From Planktothrix sp. GU0601_MAG3 (lineage in GTDB: Bacteria > Cyanobacteriota > Cyanobacteriia > Cyanobacteriales > Microcoleaceae), in assembly GCA_035193785.1 (NCBI GenBank), contig CP136572.1, positions 4,084,578 to 4,148,577 of the forward strand: 64,000 nucleotides of DNA, read 5' to 3'. Below, piece after piece: positions 36,309-47,276 of the stretch (positions within the stretch are counted from its first letter, which is position 1; each line of letters begins with the position of its first letter). The notes beneath the pieces were generated by a model. That model saw only the letters and a list, made by a program, of their open reading frames with translations. It was not told where the DNA came from and did not search any database. A program made the translations under genes and the position numbers.

Positions 36309-37599
36309 ATGACTGTCAAAATTCTATCTGTGAGTAATGGTCATGGGGAGGATGCGATCGCCGTTAGGATTTTACGAGAACTCCAAAAACAGCCCCATCC
36401 CCCAGAAATTGCCGCTTTACCCTTAGTGGGACTAGGACAATCTTACACTCAACTAGACAACGTTTCCGATCATGGGATCAGTAAAATCCCTACCCTCTGG
36501 GGGTTTTATTTATATGGATAAACACCAACTCTGGCGGGATCTACAAGCGGGGTTATTTCCCTTAATTATTCAGCAATATCAAACTATTCGCCAGTGGGTA
36601 AAACAAGGAGGAATAATTCTCGCCGTCGGCGATATTGTGCCTTTATTTTTAGCTTGGTTAAGTGGGGGAAATTATGCTTTTATTGGAACAGCAAAATCCG
36701 ACTATTATCTAGGGGATGAACAGGGAAAATTACCCTTAACCGGAATGTGGAAATGGTATAAATATTCTGATTCGATTTATTTTCCTTGGGAACGTTGGTT
36801 AATGAATCATTCTCGGTGTTTAGGGGTATTTCCTAGGGATAGTATAACAACTAAAACCTTACAAAAATATGGAATACCGGCGATTGATTTGGGAAATCCC
36901 ATGATGGATAATTTAGAACCTAATATTAATAATTATACTATTGATCAACTCCAGGTTGAAACACAGCGATCGCTATTTATAACATTATTACCCGGTTCCC
37001 GTTCTCCCGAAGTTAATCGGAATTGGGATATAATTTTACAAGGAGTAGATGCAATTATTCAAAGCTCGAACCAAGCAACAGAAAATCCCCTCCCTAGCCA
37101 TCAACATTTAGTGTTTTTAGCTGCGATCGCCTCCAGTTTAGACCTGCAACCCTTTTGTCAATCTCTCACGGCTTTAGGATGGCAAGAAACCCCGGATTTA
37201 AGATTACCTAATCTTAACTTTCCTTGGGGGCACGGAGAGTTAATTTTTGTTCAAGAAAAAGCCACATTAATCTTGACAAATCAAGCATTTAATGATTGTT
37301 TAGCTTTAGGAAATATTGCGATCGCCATGGCGGGAACTGCAACGGAACAATTTGTTGGTTTAGGCAAACCTGCGATCGCAATTCCGGGCGAGGGGCCACA
37401 ATTTACCCCCACCTTTGCTAATAATCAACAGCGTCTATTAGGGCAGTCATTAATTATAGTAGAAAATCCCAGAGAAATTCCTGAAATATTGCGATCGCTG
37501 CTGCTTAATTCCGAGCAATTAAAGTTAATCGCAGAAAACGGAAAACGTCGCCTAGGACAACCCGGCACAAGTCGTCGCATTGCCCAATACCTATCGTAG
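36309..37599 (+). CDS. Lipid-A-disaccharide synthase-related protein; frameshift at 36462-36466
   Basis: SNGHGED, LPSGGF, GNPMMD, LLPGSR, MAGTATEQFVGLGKP. Confidence 0.85.
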
Positions 37600-37686
37600 T
37601 AAGCCCTTCAGGGCTTAATCCATATTTGCTGATAAATTTATTACTCATAATTAGGATTGATGAGTCAGCCCTGAAGGGCTTACTAC
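37589..37686 (+). repeat. REP doublet (GTAGTAAGCCCTTCAGGGCT...AGCCCTGAAGGGCTTACTAC), left copy of a ~97-bp direct repeat
   Basis: Nearly identical to 38880-38976. Confidence 0.9.
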
Positions 37687-37705
37687 AAATAGGTAATAAT
37701 CCCCA

Positions 37706-37820
37706 ATATATCGAATAAATCTGGCTGAAACAAACAGGTAAAAGCCTCACGATTGACGAACTCACCCAACAGAAAGAAACGGATTTGGTTATTGTTGGAT
37801 GGGTTGGATGAAATGACATC
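37706..37820 (+). pseudogene. NACHT NTPase fragment (Walker B)
   Basis: YIE*IWLKQTGKSLTIDELTQQKE-RIWLLLDGLDEMT. Confidence 0.6.
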
Positions 37821-37967
37821 GAGGGTAGAAACGCGCCATGTTTGGGCACTGTTGGGGGGATGGGTGCAGGCGGCATCAAAAGTATAATTAATTAGCCACA
37901 ACGCACTATTTTAGAAGATTAATTTATAAAGTCAAGCCATCCCAACTACCGCTAAATCAACTTACAA

Positions 37968-38378
37968 TTAACTAAATCTATCAATAAATATATCGGGAGT
38001 AACAATTTCTACTGCTTGAAAAGGATTTAATACCAATAAATCCAAATCACCCGTAACAATTATATTGGCATTACCACTAACAGCCAACTCTAAAAACTTA
38101 TTATCTTTTTCATCTCGACAAACGGCAATTGTTTCTGTAATAGAGACTAACTCGGAGGCACTGATAAATTTAAGCAGAAATACTTGTCTGTCTTCTAAAG
38201 AAAGATACTTGTTAAACTTTTTACGATTCAAAACTTGCTCTAATTCATTTAAAGTTGCTTCAGAATATAAAATTATTCCTTGCTTTTCTGCCAATTCAAT
38301 CGCCCGAAATGGGATTGAATTTTTAAACAGTAAAGCACTGATTAAAACATTCGTATCTACGACAAATCTATTCGTCAT
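37968..38378 (-). CDS. PIN-domain toxin (TIGR00305-like)
   Basis: VVDTNVLISA...CRDEKDNKFLELA...IVTGDLDLL. Confidence 0.9.
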   Translation of the reverse strand: MTNRFVVDTNVLISALLFKNSIPFRAIELAEKQGIILYSEATLNELEQVLNRKKFNKYLSLEDRQVFLLKFISASELVSITETIAVCRDEKDNKFLELAVSGNANIIVTGDLDLLVLNPFQAVEIVTPDIFIDRFS

Positions 38379-38595
38379 TATCATCCGCCAAAATTTCTTG
38401 TAAAATTTCTGGCGTTAAGCCTCGCTGTTGTGCTTTATCAGAAATTTCTGCCATAACTTCTGTTAAACTTTTATTGTGTAAATTTCCTCTCAAAAACAAT
38501 TGCACAATGTGGCTTAACTGTTTCTGAGTTTCAGAATTAGCCCCTTCAAACGCCGTCTTAATATCTTCATCAACTTGAATCGTAATGCTTGCCAT
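38368..38595 (-). CDS. Putative antitoxin
   Basis: 75 aa, upstream of and overlapping the PIN gene; ISDKAQQRGLTPEILQEIL. Confidence 0.8.
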   Translation of the reverse strand: MASITIQVDEDIKTAFEGANSETQKQLSHIVQLFLRGNLHNKSLTEVMAEISDKAQQRGLTPEILQEILADDNDE

Positions 38596-38648
38596 AGTCC
38601 TTATTAATCCTTTGAATATATGCTCTCATTAATTATGGCATAGCGCCA

Positions 38649-38838
38649 CCCCAACTCCTCTGCATCGACGGCAGCAAATTCGATAACCCCGATAACCCTG
38701 CCACCGATATCTACCTGCAACTCATCAAAAAACACCACTGATCCCAATCCACAGAGGGCATCGCCCATCACCCTCAAATGGCTAACGGACAAATCCCTAG
38801 AAGCACCGTTAAAAGGCTTTCCCCCGTCAACCTATTAG
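38649..38838 (+). pseudogene. Relic of a NACHT-associated C-terminal alpha/beta domain
   Basis: PQLLCIDGSKFDNPDNPATDIY* and ITLKWLTDKSLEAPLKGFPP resemble C-termini of cyanobacterial NACHT-HEAT proteins (recalled similarity). Confidence 0.5.
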
Positions 38839-38879
38839 TCAAACTTAATCCTAATCTAATCGGTGCTAAAATCTAAACA

Positions 38880-38976
38880 CCTATCGTAGTAAGCCCTTTA
38901 GGGCTTAATCCATATTTACTGGTAAATTTATTACTAATAATTGGGATTTATGAGTCAGCCCTGAAGGGCTTACTAC
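38880..38976 (+). repeat. REP doublet, right copy of the direct repeat
   Basis: acctatcgtagtaagccc...gagtcagccctgaagggcttactac. Confidence 0.9.
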
Positions 38977-38978
38977 GG

Positions 38979-39977
38979 TTAGGCGTGTCGTTTTTGATGC
39001 CAATTCCAAGCATGGGTCATAATATTTTGAAGATCGGGATATTCGGGATTCCAACCTAATATGGTTCGGGCTTTTTCCCCACTCCCAACTAAACTAGGTG
39101 GATCTCCGGGGCGGCGATCGCATTCTATCACTTTAATCTCTTTTCCCGTAACTTCTCTGGCGGTTTCTATCACCTCTTTAACGGAAAATCCTTTGCCATT
39201 TCCTAAATTAAATACATCTGTTTTTCCGCCATTTAATAAATATTCTAACCCTAAAATATGGGCGGTTGCTAAATCCGTAACGTGAATATAATCTCTAATA
39301 CAAGTGCCGTCGGGTGTGGGATAATCCGTTCCAAAAATAGAAATAGAATCTCGTTTTCCTAAGGCTGCTAATAACGTTAAGGGAATTAAATGGGTTTCGG
39401 GATTATGATCTTCTCCTAATAACCCTTCTGGGTCGGCTCCGGCGGCGTTAAAATAACGGAAACGTACCGATTTAAAATCATAAGCGACATCAAAATCTGA
39501 TAAAATCCGTTCTACCATTAATTTAGTCGCCCCATAGGGATTAATCGGACTTTGGGGATGATCTTCAGGAATGGGAACAATATCAGGAACCCCATAGGTG
39601 GCACAGGTTGAGGAGAATACAAACTTATTAATTCCCGCCTCTTTCATCGCTTCCAATAACGTTAAAGTTCCCACCACATTATTGCGATAATATTTATCGG
39701 GATGGGTGACAGATTCCCCCACATAAGCATAGGCAGAAAAGTGCATCACCGCATCAATTTTGCGACTGGAAAATAACTGATCGAGTAACGGACGATCATT
39801 AGTATCCCCAATAATTAATTCGGTTTTTAAGACCGTTTCCACTAAGTCTTGATGTCCATAAACTAAATTATCGAGAATAATCACATTATACCCAGAACGT
39901 TGTAGCGCCAGGACAGCATGGGAACCAATATAACCCGCTCCTCCGGTGACTAAAATAGTGGTTTTATCTTCCGACAT
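38979..39977 (-). CDS. galE: UDP-glucose 4-epimerase
   Basis: VTGGAGYIGSH, YGATK, RYFNAAGA, DGTCIRDYIHV. Confidence 0.97.
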   Translation of the reverse strand: MSEDKTTILVTGGAGYIGSHAVLALQRSGYNVIILDNLVYGHQDLVETVLKTELIIGDTNDRPLLDQLFSSRKIDAVMHFSAYAYVGESVTHPDKYYRNNVVGTLTLLEAMKEAGINKFVFSSTCATYGVPDIVPIPEDHPQSPINPYGATKLMVERILSDFDVAYDFKSVRFRYFNAAGADPEGLLGEDHNPETHLIPLTLLAALGKRDSISIFGTDYPTPDGTCIRDYIHVTDLATAHILGLEYLLNGGKTDVFNLGNGKGFSVKEVIETAREVTGKEIKVIECDRRPGDPPSLVGSGEKARTILGWNPEYPDLQNIMTHAWNWHQKRHA

Positions 39978-40014
39978 GAATATATGCTCCTTTGTTTAAT
40001 TAAATGAATTTAAG

Positions 40015-40395
40015 TTAATCTTCTAACTGTTTAACTGAAACATCAACCGCTTGCACATCAATAGTTCCTGGGGGAGTTAACCGACTAAAACGCCCCTGTT
40101 CTATTGTTAACGGTTCTCCACAGTTAGGACATTGAAATTGAGTGGTATTAAATGCGGGAAATTCATGGCTACAAACCGGACATTGATCCTGAATTAGATT
40201 GCGTTTTAACCACCACTGGACACCCAAAATCACCAAAATTGGGGTAATCGCAATTACCGCAATTAAAATCAGAACGCCCTTGACTAACCAACCCAAACCA
40301 ATAGAGATTAAAATGCCAATTACAGCTAAGGTAACCAGCCAGTTAGTTAAACCAGAAAGTCTGATTTGTAGAGTTTTGAACCGCTCTTGGTTCAC
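40015..40395 (-). CDS. Membrane protein with Zn ribbon
   Basis: TM segments, CPVC...CPNC, PPGTIDV. Confidence 0.75.
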   Translation of the reverse strand: MNQERFKTLQIRLSGLTNWLVTLAVIGILISIGLGWLVKGVLILIAVIAITPILVILGVQWWLKRNLIQDQCPVCSHEFPAFNTTQFQCPNCGEPLTIEQGRFSRLTPPGTIDVQAVDVSVKQLED

Positions 40396-40541
40396 AGCTA
40401 TCTCCTTAATTATTCAAGCCAGATTTAATCTGATGTAATCCTTAAAAATTTGAACTTTGATATTTTAATTTCTATGATATTATAGCAACCAGCAGGTTAA
40501 TATTCACAACTTATTTGTATCTTCGTGTCTTTGTGGTTTGG

Positions 40542-41730
40542 TCAAGCTTGCCCCTGGTTTTGAACCAGTAACTCTTGGACTCGGCTCTCAAAGGCAGGTT
40601 TTCCAAAACTGGCTAAACATTGCTGCCGTAACCAATGGCCATCACAGCGTTGATCTTCACCCTGGAGCAGTTGAATACAAGCCTCTGCCACCGCCCCGAC
40701 ATCGCGGTGAGGCACTTGCCAACCCAATTTTCCATCCTGTAGGGGATCGGCTGAAACCATCGCTATCCCCGGCAATTACGGGTTTCTCGCAGGCCATCGC
40801 CTCTAAATAAACAATCCCAAATCCTTCTTGAGAGGGCATGACATAACCATCACAAACCCGATAATGATCGACTAATTCTTCGGTGGGAACAAATCCGGCA
40901 AAGATCACCCGATCGCTGACTCCCAAATCCTGCGCTAACTGTTGTAATCTGGGTTGGTCATCCCCCCGACCAATTACTAAATATTTAACATCGGGGAAGA
41001 CTTGAGCAATTTGGGATAGGGCGCGAATGGTAACATCAACGCCTTTATAGGGGTCGCCTTTCCACAGACGAGCAACGGTCATTAATACCCGAGCATCCTG
41101 TAGATTATAGCGTTGAATTAACGGTTGGGGTTTGGGGCCGGGAGTAAATTTTTCCCCATCTACCATACAGGGTAACATTTGAAACTGTTGAGGATTTAAC
41201 TGATTAGCAGCACAGGCTTGATCGCGGCTATATCGGCTAATTGTCCAAATTTGATCGGCGTTTTGTAGGGCTTTTTGATATTTTTTGGGTAGGGGTTCCC
41301 AGACTTCTTTACCATAGGTTAATACGGTGTAAGGAATGCCCAAGGGTTGACAAATTGTTTGCGCCAAGCGGGCTAAATTAATATGACCACACAATACCCG
41401 TCGGGGTCGATATTGGATTAAATTAGTTAGTAGGGCGATCGCTAATTTTATCCTTCCCCAGAGGGGATTTTGAGATTTAAAATACTCAAATTTAAAGGAA
41501 CTGGATGGGGTTTCAAAAGGGTTAGGACATCCCGGATAATCGCGTAAAATTAAAACCCGATTTTGGGAATTAATATTAATCGTTGATTCGGGAGAAATGG
41601 GTTTAATATTTTGGCAAGCATCTAAAATATCTTTAACATAGGATTGAATTCCTCCTTCACAAGAAAAAACAGCTAAAAAGCACCAAAGTAAAGGATTTTT
41701 ATCTAAGTTTGGGTATTTTTCTAAAAACAT
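40542..41730 (-). CDS. Glycosyltransferase family 4; frameshift at 40753-40757
   Basis: GGIQSY, YKGVD, EGFGIVYLEAMAC. Confidence 0.9.
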
Positions 41731-41800
41731 AGCTGGGTTTCAATAACAATATTATTCTAGGCAAAAAAGCTAAACTTGTAAGTTACCGTCTTTTGTCTTC

Positions 41801-41955
41801 TATAGCGCTACGCATTAAAGTTAGGACACTTCTAAATCCAGCAAACTCATTCACTGCCTACTGTTCCCTGTTCCCTGTTCCCTGTTCCCTGTTCCCTGTT
41901 CCCTGTTCCCTGTTCCCTGTTCCCTGTTCCCTGTTCCCTAGTGCGTAGCGCTATA
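41801..41955 (+). mobile_element. MITE with TIR TATAGCGCTACGCA (TA-terminated, IS630-like) carrying a CTGTTCC array
   Basis: Perfect 14-bp TIR; about 11 internal heptamers. Confidence 0.8.
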
Positions 41956-41969
41956 TTCCTACAAAAAAC

Positions 41970-42030
41970 GATACCTGTGATGCTCCTAAGATTTAGCCTA
42001 ACACTCTATCCTAGTAAACTCACAGGTATC
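41970..42030 (-). terminator. 3' stem-loop after petD
   Basis: GATACCTGTGA / TCACAGGTATC 11-bp inverted repeat, followed by a T run on the minus strand. Confidence 0.5.
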
Positions 42031-42066
42031 AGCAAAGATTTTGAAATAATCCGGTACTGGGTCGGT

Positions 42067-42546
42067 TTAAAATCCTAAAGTTAAGGACTTGTCAATGGGA
42101 AGGGCAGCCCCAATTCCTAACCACAGGGTTACTAAAGTTCCAAATAAGAAAACAGCCGTGGCCACAGGACGACGGAAGGGGTTTTGGAACTTGTTGACGT
42201 TCTCAATTAAAGGAACAGCAATTAAACCCAAAGGAATCGAAGACATCAACATAATTCCTAACAATTTATTGGGAACCACCCGCAAAATTTGGAATGTGGG
42301 CCAGAGATACCATTCGGGTAAAATTTCTAAAGGGGTGGCAAAAGGATTAGCAGGCTCTCCAACCATGGCGGGGTCAAGAACCGACAATGCCACTACTAAA
42401 CCAAAGGTTCCCAAAATCACAACCGGGAACGTATATAACAAATCATTCGGCCAAGCTTGTTCACCATAATAGTTGTGACCCATGCCTTGAGCCAGTTTAG
42501 CACGAAGAACTGGATCACTGAGATCCGGCTTTTTTAGGATGGACAT
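42067..42546 (-). CDS. petD: Cytochrome b6f subunit IV
   Basis: [31 protein letters not shown]. Confidence 0.98.
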   Translation of the reverse strand: MSILKKPDLSDPVLRAKLAQGMGHNYYGEQAWPNDLLYTFPVVILGTFGLVVALSVLDPAMVGEPANPFATPLEILPEWYLWPTFQILRVVPNKLLGIMLMSSIPLGLIAVPLIENVNKFQNPFRRPVATAVFLFGTLVTLWLGIGAALPIDKSLTLGF

Positions 42547-42707
42547 AATTAAAATACGCTCCTTTTGGGAAAATTTAACCGATTATTGCTGGTCTTTTAA
42601 GTTTAGCAAAAGCTACTCCCAAACCGTTAGATAAAAGTTAACCTAATCGGAACCAAATCCCACCGATACAGGAGTAGCTAGAAAGACTAAACCTGAGCCA
42701 CTTCCAT

Positions 42708-43377
42708 TTACAGAGGGCCAGAAATTCCTTGCTTCCGAATCATCAAGAAGTGGGCTAACATGAAGACGGCAATCAGCCAGGGTAAGACAAAGGTATGTAA
42801 GCTGTAGAAACGGCTGAGGGTATTTTGACCAACAGCCGTACCACCGCGCATTAGTTCCACAATTGTCGAACCGACAACGGGAATCGCTTCGGGAAACCCC
42901 AGACACAATTTTCACCGCCCAGTAACCAACCTGATCCCAAGGCAGAGAATAGCCAGTTACCCCAAAGGAAACGGTAATCACGCCCAAAATCACACCCGTG
43001 ATCCAGGTTAATTCCCGGGGCTTTTTGAAACCGCCGGTGAGGTAAACGCGGAAAACGTGCAGGATCATCATTAACACCATCATACTGGCAGACCAGCGAT
43101 GGATAGAGCGAATTAACCAACCAAAGCTCACATCCGTCATAATGTACTGAACGGAAGTGAAAGCTTCTGCGACGGTCGGTCTATAATAAAACGTCATCGT
43201 AAATCCAGTGGCAAACTGGATTAAAAAGCAAACTAAAGTGACTCCACCCAAGCAATAAAAGATGTTGACATGAGGTGGGACATACTTGCTCGAAATGTCA
43301 TCATCAAGTGCTTGGAGATCCAGCCGCTCATCAAACCACTTGAAAGTCTGAGATTCTTTGATTCCCTTAGAAAACAT
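42708..43377 (-). CDS. petB: Cytochrome b6; frameshift at 42893-42897
   Basis: [34 protein letters not shown]. Confidence 0.97.
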
Positions 43378-43730
43378 GAAGCTAGAATTCCTAAAAATAA
43401 ATGGCTGCCTATTATTATTCCTTTAAGACATCATTAATAGATATCTTGAGACTGGACTGTCTGAAGCCAGAGAACTCCGGCTATCAAAAAGCCATGACTA
43501 TCAGGAATAGAGGGGTCGGTTTGATCCGATTGACAGCTTAGGCTACAAGACTTGCGTGTTCTCCCCTACCCTAAAAAATGTAACATAACTTCAACTCAAT
43601 TTTCACAAAACTCGGGAATCAACCCGCCCCCGATAGAATCCCCCAGGGCCAAGGCTAAAAATTAATCCGTGAAGGGTCTGGAATGGGTTGATCCCCCAAT
43701 CTAATTTAAAAGCAACCTTAAATTACCACC

Positions 43731-44969
43731 ATGCAAAAGCGAGTTTTTTCCATAGCATTTCTAATTATTCTGCAAATCTGTTTAACCTGGATCACCTGGA
43801 CAACCCCGGTTCTGGCCTTGACCGAAGATCAAAAAATTTTTAGTGAAAGTTGGCGAATTATTAACCGCTCCTATGTGGATGAAAGTTTCAACCATCAAAA
43901 CTGGTGGTATATCCGCGAGAAAATGATGCGACAACCGTTCAAAAACCGTGAGGATACCTATGATGCCATTGAGAGGATGTTAGCCACCCTGGATGACCCG
44001 TTTACCCGGTTATTACGACCGGATCAATATCGCAGTTTACAGGTGAGCACCTCCGGGGAACTAATGGGGGTGGGATTACAAATCTCCCAGGACGGGGAAA
44101 CGGGCAATTTAACCGTCATTGCCCCCATTGATGGTTCTCCCGCAGAGGCGGCGGGTATTCAACCCCAGGATCGGATTTTGAAAATTGATGGCTTTGCGAC
44201 CTCTGAGTTAACCCTAGATGAATCGGCGGCTCGGATGCGGGGGCCCAGGGGCAGTCAAGTGACTTTAACGGTGTTAAAAAATAGCAATAAAACCCCGGAA
44301 GATATTACTCTAGTTCGGGATCGAATTGCCCTTAACCCGGTGACCACGGAATTGCGTTCTGATTTGGGAGACAATCCATTAGGTTATATTCGTTTAAATC
44401 AATTTAGTGCTAATGCCACCGAAGAAGTTGCCCAGGGAATTAAATCTTTAGAAACAAAAGGGGCAAAAGCCTATATTTTGGATCTCAGAAATAATCCGGG
44501 GGGATTATTACAATCGGGGATAGAAATTGCTCGGCTTTGGTTAGATGAAGGGACGATTGTTTATACCGTTAATCGTCAAGGTTTACTGGGAAGTTTTGAA
44601 GCGGTGGGTTCGGCTTTAACTCAAGCTCCTTTAGTGGTTTTAGTGAACCCTGGAACCGCTAGTGCTAGTGAAATTTTAGCGGGGGCTTTACATGACAATC
44701 ATCGGGCAATTTTAGTGGGGGAAAAAACCTTTGGTAAGGGGTTAATTCAATCCCTATTTGATTTATCTGATGGTTCGGGATTAGCCGTAACAGTTGCTAA
44801 GTATGAAACCCCCAATCATACTGATATTAACAAATTGGGAATTATGCCCGATCGGGTGATTCCTTCGGAGCCATTACTCAGAAATCAAGTGGCAACGGCG
44901 GCTGATCACCAATATCAAGCGGCTTTAGAATTATTATCTTCTCAATTTGTGATGGCTCAAAAAGAATAG
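43731..44969 (+). CDS. ctpA: C-terminal processing protease
   Basis: PDZ domain, DLRNNPGG, TASASEI, FGKGLIQ; divergent from petB. Confidence 0.92.
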   Translation: MQKRVFSIAFLIILQICLTWITWTTPVLALTEDQKIFSESWRIINRSYVDESFNHQNWWYIREKMMRQPFKNREDTYDAIERMLATLDDPFTRLLRPDQYRSLQVSTSGELMGVGLQISQDGETGNLTVIAPIDGSPAEAAGIQPQDRILKIDGFATSELTLDESAARMRGPRGSQVTLTVLKNSNKTPEDITLVRDRIALNPVTTELRSDLGDNPLGYIRLNQFSANATEEVAQGIKSLETKGAKAYILDLRNNPGGLLQSGIEIARLWLDEGTIVYTVNRQGLLGSFEAVGSALTQAPLVVLVNPGTASASEILAGALHDNHRAILVGEKTFGKGLIQSLFDLSDGSGLAVTVAKYETPNHTDINKLGIMPDRVIPSEPLLRNQVATAADHQYQAALELLSSQFVMAQKE

Positions 44970-45152
44970 GGAATAGGGAACAGGGAACAGGGAACAGGGA
45001 ATAGGGAATAGGGAATAGGGAATAGCGAATAGGGAATAGGTTTTGGACTGATAACTGGTACGGGCGGGATAATTAAGATTTAGGTAATTAACAAATATCT
45101 AAAATAACCCGCCCCTACAACTGATAACTGATGACTGATAACTGATAACTGA
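44964..45152 (+). repeat. STRR arrays (GGGAATA/GGGAACA; ACTGATA) with an embedded REP-like unit
   Basis: Tandem heptamers. Confidence 0.85.
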
Positions 45153-45159
45153 TTTTTGT

Positions 45160-46575
45160 ATGTTGGATTATGATTTGGTGATTTTAGGAGGGGGTTTAAC
45201 GGGACGCTATGCTGCCTTATTGGGGAGTCAAATGCAGGGGCGAATTGCTTTAGTAGAACCGGAAAAAACGGGGTGTTTCGGGTTATTCTCGATGGGTTTA
45301 TCCCTCCCTAAACTTGAGCAAATATCGGTCTGGGGCGGGTCGAATATTAGGAGAAAACAGATCAAACCTTGGGTTGATTTGGTGAGAAACAATTGTGAGG
45401 AAATTTATTCCCATCAACGGTTAGGAGCCGGGGGAGTTGATGTAATTGTGGGTGAGGGTGAATTTATCAAATCTCCCCGTCTGGGATTTAAAGTTAATAA
45501 TCGGATATTGCGATCGCGCAATTATTTATTAGCCCCGGCTTCCGTACCTAAAATTCCCGCCATTGAAGGGTTATTATCCACAGGATTTATTACCCCAGAA
45601 ACCTTGGATTTGTTTTTAGAAAAATTGCCAAATTTATCAGAAACAATTCCCCAAAGATTAGCAATTATTGGGGGCGATCCCAAAGGAATAGAATTAGCCC
45701 AATATTTTGCTCGTTTAGGTTTAGAGGTAATTATGATTACCACTGCCTCTCAAATTTTAACCCAGGCAGATCCCGCGGCGGTGCAGTTAATTCAAGGTCA
45801 ATTAGAAGCCGAAGGAGTCAAGATTTTAACCCAAACTCCGATTATTCAGGTTAAAAAAATTGCCGATAAAAAATGGATTCAAGCGGGAAATACTGCCATA
45901 GAAGTTGATGAAATTTTGGTGAGTTACGGTGTCGAAACCGATGTAAAATCCTGGAATTTAAGCGGGGTTGGGGTTGAGTTTAAAGGGAATCATTTATGGG
46001 TGAATCAAAAACTACAAACCACCCATCCTAGGATTTATGGCTGTGGACAAATTTTAGGGGGATATCCCTTTGAACATATCGCCCAATATGAAGCACAAAT
46101 TGCCCTGAAAAATGCCCTATACTGGCCAAGGTTTCGGGTTGATTATCAAGGAATGCCTTGGGCGGTTTTTTCTCACCCCCAATTAGCCCAGGTGGGGCTA
46201 ACAGAAACCCAAGCTAAACGACGTTATGGAACTCAAGTGATTGTAGCGCGACAACCCCTAAAAATCATCGCTCAGGCGCAAATTTCGGGAGAAATTACGG
46301 GATTTTGTAAACTCGTGGGTTTGGCAAATGGTAAACTTTTAGGGGCTACGGTGGTGGGTTCCCAGGGGAGTGAGTTCATTAATACCCTAGCTTTGGCAAT
46401 TCGTCAAGGAGTCAATCTAAAAACCTTAGCTGAATTTCCCCCGATTTTTCCCAGCTTTTCCGAGGTTTATCATCAAGGTGCGATCGCTTGGATAAATCAA
46501 CGTCGTTGTCAAAATAGGGTATTATTTGATTGGACGGAAAATCTATTTCATTGGCGACGATATTGGGGCAATTAA
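45160..46575 (+). CDS. FAD-dependent pyridine nucleotide-disulfide oxidoreductase family protein
   Basis: DLVILGGG, IIGG, LQTTHPRIY, dimerisation domain; no CxxxxC seen. Confidence 0.8.
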   Translation: MLDYDLVILGGGLTGRYAALLGSQMQGRIALVEPEKTGCFGLFSMGLSLPKLEQISVWGGSNIRRKQIKPWVDLVRNNCEEIYSHQRLGAGGVDVIVGEGEFIKSPRLGFKVNNRILRSRNYLLAPASVPKIPAIEGLLSTGFITPETLDLFLEKLPNLSETIPQRLAIIGGDPKGIELAQYFARLGLEVIMITTASQILTQADPAAVQLIQGQLEAEGVKILTQTPIIQVKKIADKKWIQAGNTAIEVDEILVSYGVETDVKSWNLSGVGVEFKGNHLWVNQKLQTTHPRIYGCGQILGGYPFEHIAQYEAQIALKNALYWPRFRVDYQGMPWAVFSHPQLAQVGLTETQAKRRYGTQVIVARQPLKIIAQAQISGEITGFCKLVGLANGKLLGATVVGSQGSEFINTLALAIRQGVNLKTLAEFPPIFPSFSEVYHQGAIAWINQRRCQNRVLFDWTENLFHWRRYWGN

Positions 46576-46592
46576 AAATTAAAATGTCTAAC

Positions 46593-47102
46593 ATGAAAGT
46601 TAAAAAAATACAACCTTTTACTCTGGCAACAATTATCGGTTTTAGTCTTTTATTATTAACCGTTACGGGTTGCCAAAAACCTGCTGCTCAAGTTCAGTTA
46701 GGTCAAGATCAAGAATGTTTTGGATGTGATTTTAGTGGGAAAAGTTTGCAAGGGCAAAATTTAACCGGGGCTAAATTGAATAATTCCAACTTTAGTAAAG
46801 CGGATTTAAAAGGAGTAAATCTCAAGGGAGCATTTTTAGATACCGTTGATTTTACCGGGGCTAATTTAACGGGAGCAGATTTAAGTGAAACTACTTTAAA
46901 TCAAGCTAATTTAACCAATGCTAATTTGAGTCAAGCGAATCTGACTGGGGCATTTATTAGAAGTGCTAAACTGAATAACGCTAAACTGAATGGGGCAATC
47001 TTTAAAGATGCGGATTTGAACTCAGCCGATTTAACTGGAGCAGACCAGAAAGGAGCTAATTTTCAAGGGGCAATTATGCCGGATGGTGAGATTCAAAAAT
47101 AA
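46593..47102 (+). CDS. Pentapeptide repeat lipoprotein
   Basis: Lipobox LTVTGC, CxxC, pentapeptide repeats, AIMPDG end. Confidence 0.85.
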   Translation: MKVKKIQPFTLATIIGFSLLLLTVTGCQKPAAQVQLGQDQECFGCDFSGKSLQGQNLTGAKLNNSNFSKADLKGVNLKGAFLDTVDFTGANLTGADLSETTLNQANLTNANLSQANLTGAFIRSAKLNNAKLNGAIFKDADLNSADLTGADQKGANFQGAIMPDGEIQK

Positions 47103-47236
47103 TGGGGAATGGGTAATGGGGAATGGGTAATGGGTAATGGGTAATGGGTAATGGGTAATGGGTAATGGGTAATGGGTAATGGGTAATGGGTAATGGGTAA
47201 TGGGGAATTACGAATTACGAATTACGAATTACGAAT
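47101..47236 (+). repeat. STRR arrays (AATGGGT; TTACGAA)
   Basis: About 15 tandem AATGGG(T/G) units, then TTACGAA x4. Confidence 0.9.
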
Positions 47237-47276
47237 CGGGAACAGGCAATAAATAGGTGGTATACGGTATATAATT

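Noticed and set aside
37505..37901. Minus-strand ORFs 37505-37879 and 37683-37901
   Set aside because: Antisense to a NACHT relic and REP; no protein features.
42089..42469. Antisense or alternate-frame ORFs over petD and similar ones over uvrA, glgP, galE, the cyclase and the kinase
   Set aside because: They fully overlap well-supported genes and have no independent motifs.
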